DNA of 54,236 bases from Chromera velia. Taxonomy: Eukaryota. The notes beneath the pieces are model-generated. The model searched no databases. It saw only the letters and a program-made list of their open reading frames with translations, and had not been told where the DNA came from. Of this stretch, positions 11,350 through 24,047 are shown in pieces (positions within the stretch are counted from its first letter, which is position 1; each line of letters starts with the position of its first letter). The position numbers and the translations under genes are program-made. The DNA lies in contig JAHBMJ010000195.1 of the NCBI GenBank assembly GCA_018398765.1, forward strand, positions 1 to 54,236, read 5' to 3'.

Positions 11350-11988
11350 ATGCCTGGAAGATCCTCCTCCGCGGTTACCGCCAACGGTGCAAACGCAAAG
11401 AAGACCAAGAAAGAGGCGCACAACCCCCCTCCGGAGAGCAAGAAGACCTCTGCTGCCCATGCAAAGAAGAAACCCGACTCCGCCAGGGCCAGTGGCACGA
11501 ACCTCAAGAAGATGACGCTGAAGGACGCAATCGCACATTTCTTGGGCACACAGACAGACGTGGTGGGACTTGCCACGATCAAGAAAGCCATGAGTGACAC
11601 GTACGGGTTCGCTGCGGGAAGCGCTTTCAACAAGCGCCTCGCAAAGACGCTCACCGAAATGGTGGACTCGGAGACGATCGGAAAGAATCGTGGAAGTTAT
11701 CACGCAGGGAAGGATTCTGTTGCGGGGATCAACATAGCACTGCGTGAGGAAAAGAGGGCGGAAGCGGAGAGACGGGAAGCAGCTGGAGACATCAAATGTC
11801 CCTTCTGCGAGCGGTGGTGTTCAGGCCTCACCTGCTTCGTTGGAGAGGACAGCATTGCCCGTGGGGGGGAGTATCGGTGTGAGCACGCTGGCTGCAGGAA
11901 GACCCTCTGGACCTGGATCTCTGACGGCTACACGATCGGACGCCCAGTCGAGTACAAGGTCGCGTACAAGGGGCTTTACAAAAACTAG
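11350..11988 (+). CDS. Intronless 212-aa protein: Lys-rich N-tail, linker histone H1/H15-like winged helix, C-terminal Cys4 Zn-ribbon-like domain
   Basis: Clean ORF. DAIAHFLG..GLATIKKAMSDTYG..AFNKRLAKTLTEMVDSETIGKNRGSYH follows the H15 pattern (AI..SL.AIKK....Y...F...L..AL..LV..G.....GSY/F). CPFC..CEHAGC at the C-terminus. Confidence 0.75.
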   Translation: MPGRSSSAVTANGANAKKTKKEAHNPPPESKKTSAAHAKKKPDSARASGTNLKKMTLKDAIAHFLGTQTDVVGLATIKKAMSDTYGFAAGSAFNKRLAKTLTEMVDSETIGKNRGSYHAGKDSVAGINIALREEKRAEAERREAAGDIKCPFCERWCSGLTCFVGEDSIARGGEYRCEHAGCRKTLWTWISDGYTIGRPVEYKVAYKGLYKN

Positions 11989-12677
11989 ATAGGGGGCAGG
12001 CAGGGTGACTCTGCAAGCTGGCAAGTGCACCTTAATTGTCCCACAGGTTGGAGCCCCGTCATTGTTAGACCTGTTGCAAAAAGAGCCCAATGTAGAGGTT
12101 CTCTGAAAGCCGTAAAGCCCGGAAGAGTTGTTCGAAGCCCAAGGGGGAGTGTCTGTTGCCACCCATGCAAGCAATCGCCGACCTTTCAGCCTAGCCTCCG
12201 CCGGCACTCCGGGCACTGTTCTAAGCACTGTCTTATGTTTCCGTTCACTTCTCTCCCAATCCATTCCTCTTTTTTTCAACGATTGCATGCTGCTATCATT
12301 AGTCAGTTTTTTTGTGTCTTTTGCAAAGACTCTTTTTTTAATGCGTACTATAGTTTTATATGTTTTAGGTTTTTTTTTGTACATACCGTCTATGATACTC
12401 ATCATCATGTTTCATCCCCATCGGTCTCTATAGCGCGTCTAGCGTTTGGTGTTAGACAGACTCGGAGTGCGTTTTTTATATAAGAATCATATAAGAAAAT
12501 CTAGAGAACCGTTCTTATTTTCAGTTGTTTTTAACTAGGTTTTTAAACTATTGACTAGACTATTGAATGATGCAACCTTGCTAGCAACCTTGCTGTTGGC
12601 CTTAAGACTGCATAACAATCTAGATAACAACCTTACGCATCGGACGCTAAATCAGCTAGACGTAAGTATAAATTATA

Positions 12678-14186
12678 CTAGGCGACCAATACAAAAAAAA
12701 AACAAAAAAAAATAAGAGCATTTACCCTGTTTAGTTTTTTTTTTTTTTGTTTCTAAACGTGTTCACGCTGACAAAAAAAATCGATTCGGAAGTCAACACC
12801 TAGGTTAAAACTAACATGATTTCACTTAGTCTCTAAGTCAGTCCGAGAGTCAATGACGTATCAAGTCCGAGGTTCTAGCCTAGGTTAAGTCAAAAAACGG
12901 GCAATAATAAATATGCAGAAGAAAGAGAGAGATAAGAGAGACAGCGCGCCCAGTCTAGCAGCCAGTGAAGTACAACAGACACCGCTATTCTTCCCTTCCT
13001 TAAGTCGCTCCCCTACCTGCCCCCCGCCTAGCCCTCCACCCAGATTTGCATCCAAGATGCCGTCATGCCCCTGACCACCCCCAGCCCCTCCTCCTACGCC
13101 TCCCGCTCCGAAAGGTATGAAGGACCAGGGAAGAAAAGACACGCTGGTGAGAAGAATGTGTCGTCTGATTCCTTGCCGACTCTTCGTTACGCTATCATTA
13201 ATATTTATTAATCATTTTTTCTGTAGTTCAATTTTCGTTTCTTTCCTCCTTCTTCATGTCTTAGAGGAGGGGATGAGGGACTTGAAAAAACAAAGAAGCT
13301 AGTGGGGAAGACAACAGAGAATGGTAAGAGAAATGTGTCTCCATGGGCGTCTCTTCGCTTCCTGCTTATGCTCTTTAGGGTTTCCCCTCCAGAGTTAAAC
13401 TCATTTCTCCGAGTTGCCGTCCCTTCCTTTCCAGCCTCTTACTTATCTTTCTCCTAGATCTTTCTTTTGCGTTCTCTTTCTTTGGGGGCAGCGGCCGCGG
13501 CTTTATAGCTAGGAGAGGACTTCTGCATCTTTCCTGAACTCTCTAGAAAAAATTTTTCAGAGGAAGAGAACTTCTAGCAGTGTCAAACTCTCCAGAAGAA
13601 ACATTCTGCTTAAGTAAAGCAATTATGAGCTGCAAACGGCTCAAGAAGAGGAGATAAAGCTTCTGAGATACAACCATTAGTGAGTAGAAAAACACAGGCG
13701 CTTGTAGACGGGAGTTTCGAGCGGTTCTGAATTAGAAATCTGAAGCCTGATCAAATGTCAACCTCTTTTTTGACCTTATGAATTCCAAGGCCGCTGAAAC
13801 GCCTTTCTACCCTTTTGAACGTGAAGGCAGCCTTAAGTAAAGGTGTATAGCAAGACAGATAGCATGGCACGCTAAGCAGCTTGCAGTAGGCTACTAGATC
13901 GAAGCTGGTGTTTGAGGTAAAAAGGCCGTAAGGTCAGATAAACCGCTGCAGGTGTTCGACTGAATTTGAGCGAAGTTGCCGGCTGAAGATGCACGTATAC
14001 AACCGGCCAGTTTGCATGCATGCGCGGCACGCAGCACGCGGGGGTCCTGCGGTGAGGACTCGATCGGGTACCTACGGGCCGCTGGCCAGAGCGTACGACA
14101 TAATCATATATATGCAGAGCTTTCTAAAAAAAAAAAGAAAACCAAAAATGAGATTTTAGCTTTTTTTTTTTGTAGTGGTCGCCTAG
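12678..14186. mobile_element. 1.5-kb TIR element with CTAGG termini and 8-bp TSD
   Basis: TIRs CTAGGCGACCAATACAAAAA / TTTTTGTAGTGGTCGCCTAG. Perfect TSD AAATTATA at 12670-12677 and 14187-14194. Confidence 0.88.
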
Positions 14187-14466
14187 AAATTATATTATAA
14201 AAAATATAAGTTTTTGAAGCTCGGTTTTCACTTGATAAATTTGTAATTGGTTTTATTGATCGATATACAAAACTTAAGGCTAACTGTAGCTGACCCTAGA
14301 GTTGACCGACAATGTATGGACTAGGGTGGAACTCGAAACATAAATCCTAATCCTAAGGTTCATCAACATTCTTTATAAAAAGTATTAAAAACTATATAAA
14401 GAGAAAAAAAATGTGAACACATATGTTATAAACACTTAGGCGGGAGAAAGGACTTAAAGCAACGCC

Positions 14467-14724
14467 CTAAGTATGATTTATAAAGTTATTTTTAAAATAA
14501 AGTCCGACCACAGACTTTAGACTTTAAAACTTCTTTGGTTTTAAAACTTTAAGAATAAAAAGCTTGAACACATTGATATGTTGTTTAGGATTGTTTAGCC
14601 TTTTAAAACATCGGTATGTCAAAAAAAATTTAAAGTGCGTTTCAAAAGTTATATTATAGAGTCCACAGACTCAAACGAGACTTTAAACTTTATTTCACTT
14701 TAAAACTTTACAGATCACACCTAG
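14467..14724. mobile_element. MITE, second copy of the 1366-1695 family
   Basis: Ends CTAAGTATGATTTATAAAGTT / AACTTTACAGATCACACCTAG. TSD GCAACGCC vs GTAACGCC. Confidence 0.8.
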
Positions 14725-15683
14725 GTAACGCCCCATTACCGAGATGTGAAAGCTATTCAAAATTTAACAAGCAGAGACGAGCAGGCTAGGACAGCTTTCC
14801 ATCAAGAATAAATCACTGACTCACTTGAAGGATCATTGAAGATTCCGACAAGTAGATGAATAAAAAGTTGGCTGGAAAGTTGATCTGTGAAGACGGTCCC
14901 TGGGAGAATTCCAATCTATGAGGCTAGCAAGAAAGCGAAAATCTATCGATCGATCGACTCGCTAGCTATCGCATGCTCAAATGAATCGCGCAGCGCAATC
15001 CGTCATTCTACGCGCTGCGGGAACCCCAGAAAGGCAGACAAGAGTCAGTAGTACTGCACTCTTACTGTCATCCTTGGAATATAAGCAGTGACAAGACCGG
15101 CATTGGTGCCTAAAGGAACGGAAAGACCCAGGCAAAGGTGAACAACTGTTGTTTTAGTCTACAACACATTGATTGCAAGAAATGTGCGCAGCATTTCTCA
15201 GTCTGACACAATCGTTTGAATCGCATCGGTGCGCCAATCTTGACGTATGCATGAATACCGCATTGATCGACGGCGCGCCACTTCGACGCGCGTACATGAA
15301 TGCCGCTGCATGACCCGTCACCGCACGCCACACTCGAAAAATCAGGAACTTGAATGTGATGCATTATGATTACAGCAAGGGCTGCAAGGCACTAAAAAGA
15401 TGCCCCATTACGCCCCTTCCCTCCCCCCCCCACATCATTTATTAATAGCATTAATCATCAATCACTTCTGATAAAATTTAATAAAATTATTAGCAATGAT
15501 TCCTAAACAATGATGAAGAATTGAAGATTACATATAATTAAGATTACATGATCAAAGATTCAAAATATGTTAGTCAAAATGAGAAAGAATACCGCACAGA
15601 AAATATTACAAAATCCATATGACGTTAATTGCTTAAACCACTACTACAGCAATCGAGAGCGATCGATCGAATCATGCAGTCGA

Positions 15684-18020
15684 TCAGGACACCCGCCTGA
15701 TGTCAATCCAGCCCTCCGCGACGCCCGGACTCAAGTCAACAGAAAGAGAAAAACCCCCGCCCCCGCCATCTGCCCCCTCCTCTCCCCCCTCGATCAATTG
15801 AATGTCTTCGCCGTCTCTCCCACACTCTGAAGCAAAACTAAACAATTCTGCCGTTCCCAAAGGAACTGCACAAGAAGACCCTCTACCCTCTTTTACAAGG
15901 CCACTCGCACCCTTGTTCCTTCTCTCCCCTAAATTCACACCGTTCACTTCCGCCTGACTCTCTCCCCCCCCATTCTCTCGGAGACTCCCACTCTCCTCAA
16001 ACGCCCCCCCATCAGGACTCTCTGGTGCCTGCTGCTGCCGTCCACTCACTGACAATTCGTATAAACAAACTCGAGGTCGAACAACCGAGGCAGAAGAAGA
16101 GGAAGAGGCCCCCGGAATCAGACGCCCTACCGCGTCTCTCCAGGACGATGACCCCCCCCCGCTCCCCTTTGACACCCCATCTCTGTCCCTTTCACCTGAC
16201 ACACCCACACTCATTGCCTTCCAAATTTGCCTCCCCCCACTCCCCTTTCCCCCAACCGAGTCATCCCCCTCCCCCGCACCGCATGCAGATAGGCACACCG
16301 CGCACACGTGACGCTCCACCCCCTGCCCAGTCACCGTAGCCAACACCCCGACCAAAACGTATTCTACCAAATTGGGGTGCGTGAGGAGCGTTCTCCGGAG
16401 TTTCGGACTGAAGGAAGCGAGAGAAGGGGCTGGAGGCAAATCAGGAAGAGTGTCCGGGGTCCCCCCTAGGCCACCGGCCTGTTCAAAGAAAAGAGCAGAG
16501 GCGTCCCTTATGCGAATGGGAGGGTCCCCCTGTGATGCCGCGACTCCCCCTCCCTTTTTGCCTTTGTCTTTTTCACCAGTCGCACTTGGCGGCACAAGAT
16601 GGATCAACAGGAAAGGTGGAAGGGAAGGAAAGGATGTTCGTGGAAGAAAATTTTCAAGAACGGGCACCTGTGGAAATTCACTCACAGCCAACCCCCAACT
16701 AAACAACAAAACCCACCCGCTAGCGTCTGTGCGGATCCACCTCTGGAGCGAAAAGAGACGGGATATGGGGGACGAGAGGGAACATACGGCCTGGTTGTGC
16801 ACGAGAGAAATCAGTGCACGAAAACCACTGGAAAAGGCGGTCCCCGATACTCCCCCCTTCCCCACACTCCCATAAAGCCGTTCGAACGCCTCCACCCCCC
16901 CCCTATCCTCTGAGCCTGCATGCACAACATTCACACCCTGAGGCGCCTCCAGACCCCAACAAAGTTCTCCGTGCAGAGCGGACAAAAGAGAAAGAAGAAG
17001 CCGAGACTGGCGGGGACCCGTCTTGTTCAGGGAAATCTCTAAGTCGGCCTGCAGCAAAGACGCAAGCAAAGCAAAGCACAGCGCATTTTCATATGTTTTG
17101 ATACATGCAGAAAGTGAAGATGCGTTAACGATCTGAGCGAATATGAGGAAGAAATGGAGATCTGATATATGTGCTGATCATCGCAGCTTTCGCAGCACTC
17201 ACATACCTGCTTTCTTTATCTCGCCTCGGCCTCCTTTTCGGATACACACATACACACACACACACATACACATAGACATACACACACACACACGCCCACA
17301 CAAACCCCTCCCTACCCACCCACCTGCTTGACTGCCGCCTCCGGTGTCGCCACAGTCGCAGCGGAATTCCCAGGGACGGACTGGAGGACCGCAAACGCAA
17401 AGCTCAGCGCATCAGCAGACGACGAAGACGAACTAGACGCTTCCCAAATAACAGAAGAAGACGAAGAGGAAGAATCTGCCCCCCCTCCCCCTGGCGTTAC
17501 TGACAACAACCCCCCACCCCCACTGGAAGAAGAAGACGAAGAGGAAGAGGAAGCCCCCCCTCCCCCTCCCCCAGGCGACCCGCTGTAGCTGTACGGTTTT
17601 GCATCTTGGAGGAGTCGGGCCAGCGACAGGTGGGTCTTGCGGCTTCTGGTCGCCTCCGTCCCGTCAGGCACTGCGCTCGTTTGGCTGATTAAATTCAGCA
17701 CCGGCAGAGGCTCTAAGGGGGGGAGGGGGCCGAAGAAACTCAAAGGTCTGAGTGCGAGGGGGCATCTGAGGAGAAGCCAGAGGGCGGCGGAGAGCACGGA
17801 GGCAAAGCTGGGAGGGACGCTGGGAGTGCGGAGGTCCACTGGAAGAAGAAATCGAAGAGGACGGCCCAGAGGACGCACACTCAGCTTGGAAGCGACGTCC
17901 TGCACGCACAGGCAGGCAGGCAGAGCGAACACGACAGAGGAAGCAATGAATGTACAAACAAGACAGACAGAAAGAAGATGGAGAGAGGCGCAGACAGAGG
18001 GTGGGGTCTCTTTCTTGAAG

Positions 18021-18054
<34 letters not shown>

Positions 18055-18977
18055 AAAGGCAGGCAAGAATGAATCGAGGAAGAATCGGCATTGCTTGTGT
18101 GCGTGTTCTCCACGAGGGGAAAAATGAATGAGGGAGAAGAGTTCTCCACGAGGGGAAAAATGAATGAGGGAGAAGAGTTCTCCACGAGGGGAAAAATGAA
18201 TGAGGGAGAAGAGTTCTCCACGAGGGGAAAAAATGAATGAGGGAGAAGAGTTCTCCACGAGGAGAAAAATGAATGAGGGAGAAGAGAGACATTGCCGTAA
18301 GTGCCCACACACATAGAAATAAAGGAGAGACCCATGCACCCTCTCTCTTCACACACTCACATATAGAAGAGCGGGTTTTGCGTCCACTCCCGACTCGAAC
18401 AGGTCGAGCAATCTGGTGTCCCCCTCCCGAAGTTTGTCTGCGGTCAGCCGCCCTGCTTGCTCAGCTGCGTAGAGGAAAAACTGCACGGAGACATGTACAC
18501 ACACATACACATGCAGAGACGTGTATGGAGGCAGGCAATGAATGCACGGAAGGAAAAGGCAAAGAAAAGGATCCCTCCCGCTCGGCAGCAAAAGAGGAAA
18601 AGGGAAGAGGTACCCTTGCAGAGTACCTGCAAAGCACAAAAAACCTTCAACAGACCCCAACAGCTCAGTGAGGTCACAAGCTTACGATCAGTCAATCATT
18701 CATTCCGTCATTCACATTCGATCTGCAAGTCAATCAACCAAAAAGTCAATCAGGCAGACGGGGAAGCCGCACACTGACCATGACCGCCAGATTAGAGTCT
18801 GCAATTTTCCGCAGCGCAGAAGGAAGCGGCACTGAGGGCACCCTTCTTCCGTCTGCATGCATGCGTGCAGGTAATCAAGCAGTGATCGGAGCACGCAAGA
18901 AGGACGGTAGGTACATGCAGGGGGGTACACATATGCACAGAGAGAGATGCATGCACAGACAGATAGAGACACAAACA

Positions 18978-19010
<33 letters not shown>

Positions 19011-19097
19011 AGAGAGAGAGGGAGAGAGGGAGAGAGCAAGGGCACATGCAGTTACATGCAGACGAGAAGCCCAAACGGACAAAAAGAGAGAGAACAT

Positions 19098-19137
<40 letters not shown>

Positions 19138-20559
19138 CGAGGGAGAGAGGCAGAGACAGACAGACAGACAGACAAAAAGGGTGCGGAGGCGAACGAATCT
19201 GTTCCGAACGATCTCAGGTGCGTACAGTCTTCAAAATACCTCCTGGGACAGGTACAAAAAGGAGTGACTCCACAAAGCTATCGGTAGAATTAAAAAAAAA
19301 AAAAAACAGATGAATAGGTGAGCAGCGAAAAACAAAAACGGGTCGAATAAGAAGTAGAGACATGCGCATGAGTACGCACGCACACATACACGAACACCCA
19401 CACCCACACATACACACTCTGACCTTCGCCCCTCGAATCTGCAGATCTCTCAAAAAGTGGCGACGCAGCAATAGCTACCCCTCCTCCCCCCGCGACTCCA
19501 CTAGCCACACCACCAAGCTCCCTCTCCCTCTCACTCCCCCCCCTCTCTCTTTCCCTTGCAGGCGTCAAACTTGAAGACGTCCCCGTCCCACCCGCTGATC
19601 CCTTTGTGCCTGTACCCCCCACACTCAAAACAGAAGCGGCAGATCCAGAAGAATCCTTCTCCTGCTCCTTTTCCCTCCACACTCTCTCTAACTCCGCCCT
19701 CACGCTCTCATCTCGCTGAGGCGACTGAAACCGCCCCCCCAACTTATCCTTGCTGTCTGCTACCGTCTCCTTCAAGCTCCCCTTGACAGCAGCACTAGAC
19801 GAGGACGAAGAGGAAGACTCTGGTGTCCCCCCTATCCCTCTTCTGATTTGGTTCTGGCCACTTAAATGATCGGACGCCCCCCTGACAATTCCCCCATTCT
19901 CCGCGCCCAGTGAGGAAGAAACAACCGAAGCAAGACCGGACTGAATTGTCGTCAAAGCGGGAAAAGAAGAAGGCGAAGAACTAGGGGGTGGCACATTCGT
20001 GCTGCCTCTCACAGCCCCCGATCTCAGCCCCGGAATTTTGGCGATCTTCTCCTCGGCCTCGTCCAGGATAGACTCCAGAAACGCCTTGGCCTCTGCCTCC
20101 GACGTGTGCACAGGGGGCGGGTCCTGTTGCTGGGTGGCCTCGATCAGCTGGAGGCACACTGCCTGGGGGGGGCTCTTCGCGTTGACCGCAAAGGAGACCG
20201 GCCGCCCCTTCCAAGTAAACTGCACAAGCAAGCAAGGGGGGGGGCACAAGGAAGGAGAGAGAGATGCGGAGGCATGGATAGGAAGGAAGGTAGAGAGACA
20301 GATGGACGAAAGAAAAACTTCCAGCACGGATGCGGAGGCAGGAAGATCAGCAGCGTCTAAGCTCAGATCAGATCATCCAGCTAGGTCAGTCACGAGAGAG
20401 GACAATTTTGAGGAAGAAGGAATGATGGATGGATGGATGGAAGGAAGGAAGGAAGAAAACGCGCGGTCTGGTCGGGGTTGCTTTCCATATCGGTCCGGAA
20501 ATTCAAGTGAAAATGGGCTGGCTGCTTTGCGCTGGCGTGGCTTTCTGAATTCGTCCTTT

Positions 20560-20590
<31 letters not shown>

Positions 20591-22691
20591 ACTCGCGCAC
20601 CGATAGCAAAGGGAGGGAGGCGAAAGAATGGACAGACAGGTAGTGGAGACGGCAAGAGATCAAAGCACAGAGACACAAACAGAAAAAAACGAAAGAAACC
20701 GAACGAAGAGGTGAAGAAGCCAGACAGACAGACAGACAGACAGACAGACTGACGATGGTGTTCTGTTCCCTCTTTGCGGGTCTGTACGAGAATCTGCCTT
20801 CCTTCCTGAGGAGATCTAGAGCCCGCACGGTGCCCCTCAGGGTATCGAACTGCAGCTGCGACACTGCAGGGGGGAGGTGTCTGTCTCTGTCCTTCTGCCC
20901 AGGAGCAGGCTGCTGGGGCGCATGGCTGACCAGCTGGAGGGCCTGGGCGTCCACTCCTGCAGCGATGCAGCGGCACAAACACGAGTGAGGTGCAATTGAG
21001 GTGTGCGTGCACAATGAATGCATTGTTGATAGTACAGTGTCCAGAGTCAGCTACAGGATTCCAATCTGAATTCAACTTGGGGATATGGCGGACAGTCATT
21101 CTGTCCGTTTTGCCGCGCCCGAGTTCCGCGCCCGAGTTTCGCGCTCGAGTTTCACGCTCGAGTTTCTCGGGCGCCGAGGTCCCATTTCTCGGGCGTCAGG
21201 CGTCAAAAACTCAGGCGCGTCGGGATCTCCGAAATCTCACCATGACGCAACTCAGTCGTCAAAAATCCAGATCTCGAGCACCGACAACGAGCAACTCGAG
21301 CGCATGCCGCCCACTGAAAACTCGGGCGCGCCCGAGTTTCACCGCGCCCGAGTTGGCCTTTTTGCGAAGGAAAAACTCGAGCGCGAAACTCGGGCGCGGA
21401 ACTCGGGCGCGGCAAAACGGACAGAATGACTGTCCGCCAGAATACTAGAGAGAAAGGATATCTATCTTTTCTTTTCTGGGCAGGCATGCACCCAGCCAGC
21501 CCCCAAGCAGGTGCACTGACCACCGACGGACCGACCGTTTTTCTTCAAGAATCCGTTCATGTGCTGGACGAACTCCTTCGCCTCCTTCTTGCTCATATGG
21601 GGGAGGCCGTACGTGTACAGACTCAGCTGGTAGGCTGGAGAGACAGCAACAGGCAGGCAGGGGGGCAGGCGGAGATGCAGAGAGGTTCATTCATGTACTG
21701 GATGTATGTATCATTCATGCACTGGATGTATGTATCATTCATGCACTGGATGGATGTATGTAGGTACGACGGGGGGCGATCGAAGAGAAAGGTGCGAGTT
21801 GAGACAGGAGGAGATGAGCGAAGAGGGAGAAAGAGCGGAAGGAAGAAGAAGGAGAGAACGAAGCCAGGGTTGAAGAATGAAGTTTGACACCCTCCTTGGT
21901 TTCTCTCTCGTTGTCTGTTGACAATCACAAATACTCTCTCTCTCTCTCTCTGTCTCTTTTCGTGCCTCCTCACCTCTCTGCTCTTGTGCCGCCTTCGTCT
22001 CTGCCGGACGGATCAGGTGGTCTGCAGGCAGGCAGAAAGACAGAGAGAGAGATAGGCATCGTGCAACCGTGCAATGATAATATGATATCCGTACAGCCAC
22101 CCAGTCATGCGCGCATTGCAATCTGCACAGGATTGCCTTTCAAGAAGAAACTGGGACTTCCTTCCCTTTCTGTCTCCACCGACCCCCACGCCTTCACTGC
22201 ATGAATGCATGCATGCATGCTTATATCGTTACAACACAACGAAAGCTTCAGGGAGGCAGGCCTTGACTGCTTCCATTGAATTGGATTGACGCTTCCCTCT
22301 TCCCTCCATAGCAACAACAAGGAAGGCCGCAAGCAAGGAAGGAAGGAGGCAAATGGACAAAGGAACAGGAGACAGACAGACAGACAGACAGACTGACTGA
22401 CTGACTGCGTCTATCGATTTCCTTCAGGAGTGTGTTGTACATCCGGCAGGCTTTCTCGACGTCCCACCCTGGCTTGTCCTTGTTGCCTCCCCTCCCGCCC
22501 CCCTCCTTCTCCTTGAAAGAAAGTAACGCTATGCGAACAATACTGCAAGAAAGAACGCAAAGAGAAGCGAGAAATGCGAAAGACACGTCAGAGGCTTCCA
22601 GAAGCTGTTTCTCAAATGAACTTTTTTTGAGTAGGCGAGAGAGAATACAGATTTCCTTCTCTGTTTTGAAGTGCTTCTTGGGATGAACGCA

Positions 22692-22739
<48 letters not shown>

Positions 22740-22753
22740 CAGAGACAGAGACA

Positions 22754-22792
<39 letters not shown>

Positions 22793-24047
22793 GCCCCGGA
22801 GAGGAGAGACAGTCTCTCTCGATTCGGTGTGGGTGTGGATATTGTCTGTCTGTCGGTCGGTCTGCCCCCCTGCCTATCTGAGGGTACTGGCGGATTTGGA
22901 CTCTGCATCTGCTGACTTGGAAGGAAGGAAGGAAGGAAGAGTTCAACAAAAGACAAGAAAAGAAAAGAAAAGAAAAGAAAAGAAAGGGAAATGCAGGGCG
23001 CCCTTCCTCTCCTCTCCTCTCCTCTTCTCTCCTCTCCTCTTCTCTCCTCTCCTCTTCTCTTCTCTCCTCTTCTCTCCTGTCCTCTTCTCTCCTCTCCTCT
23101 CCTCTCCTCTTCTCTCCTCTCCTCTCCTCTTCTCTCCTCTTCTCTCCTCTCCTCTCCTCTTCTCTCCTCTCCTCTTCTCTCCTCGCCTTTTCTCTCCTCT
23201 CCTCTTCTCTCCTCTCCTCTTCTCTCCTCTCCTCTCCTCTCCTCTCCTCTTCTCTCCTCTCCTCTTCTCTTCTCTCCTCTTCTCTCCTCTCCTCTTCTCT
23301 CCTCTTCTCTCCTCTTCTCTCCTCTCCTCTCCTCTTCTCTCCTCTCCTCTTCTCTCCTCTTCTCTCCTCTCCTCTTCTCTCCTCTCCTCTTCTCTCCTCT
23401 CCTCTTCTCTCCTCTCGTCTTCTCTCCTCTCGTCTTCTCTCCTCTCCTCTCCTCTCCTCTTCTCTTCTCTCCTCTCCTCTCCTCTCCTCTCCTCTTCTCT
23501 CCTCTCCTCTTCTCTCCTCTCCTCTCCTCTCCTCTCCTCTTCTCTCCTCTCCTCTTCTCTCCTCTCCTCTTCTCTCCTCTTCTCTCCTCTTCTCTCCTCT
23601 CCTCTCCTCTCCTCTTCTCTTCTCTCCTCTCCTCTTCTCTCCTCTTCTCTCCTCTCCTCTCCTCTTCTCTCCTCTCCTCTTCTCTCCTCTTCTCTCCTCT
23701 CCTCTCCTCTTCTCTCCTCTCCTCTCCTCTTCTCTCTGCACAGGATGGGTCCTCCACGACCGCTTCATTCAATTCATTCATCCATCCATCGATCCAGCCA
23801 TCCATCACACTTGTTTGTTTGTTTGTTGATTTTTCATTTTTGCCCTACTCCCTCCCTCCCTCATTCGTGACTGACTGACTGACTTCAAGTCAGCAAACTG
23901 CGAGACGGCTCTTCTCCACTGCTTCTCCCTCTCCTTCCTTGCGACTTCAAACCACGCCCCCGCAGCTCCCGTCAGAGCCCTGTGACGCTCCCCGTTCGGC
24001 CCCACGAGGTCGGCCCCCTCCGGGTGATTCACGAGTGCAATCAGCAT
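15684..24047 (-). CDS. Large multi-exon hypothetical protein (possible degenerate RRM-like domain); exon structure only partly resolved
   Basis: GC-rich coding blocks bounded by YAG/GT at about 24047-23884, 22510-22408, 22020-21972, 21625-21520, 20956-20753, 20219-19423, 18852-18779, 17899-17320 and 17050-15684, separated by microsatellite-rich introns. [24 protein letters not shown] resembles RNP2/RNP1. Confidence 0.6.
18104..18285. repeat. Intronic ~36-bp minisatellite, ~5 copies
   Basis: GTTCTCCACGAGGGGAAAAATGAATGAGGGAGAAGA repeated. Confidence 0.95.
21086..21439. mobile_element. Intact intronic MITE/foldback with perfect 67-bp TIRs
   Basis: TGGCGGACAGTCATTCTGTCCG...CGGACAGAATGACTGTCCGCCA. 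Internal CGCGCCCGAGTT subrepeats. Flanks GGATA/GAATA (possible 5-bp TSD). Confidence 0.92.
23004..23737. repeat. ~730-bp near-pure polypyrimidine tract of CTCCT/CTTCT pentamers
   Basis: Directly visible; only a few G interruptions. Confidence 0.98.

Noticed and set aside
13740..13880. hAT dimerisation-like VERRFS motif in the 1.5-kb CTAGG element
   Set aside because: It needs two compensating frameshifts to join neighbouring residues, which is too weak to assign a transposase.
22248..23878. Long ORFs of EERRG / LLSSP repeats as genes
   Set aside because: Stop-free frames are automatic in purine-only or pyrimidine-only tracts, and these ORFs run through intronic microsatellites.
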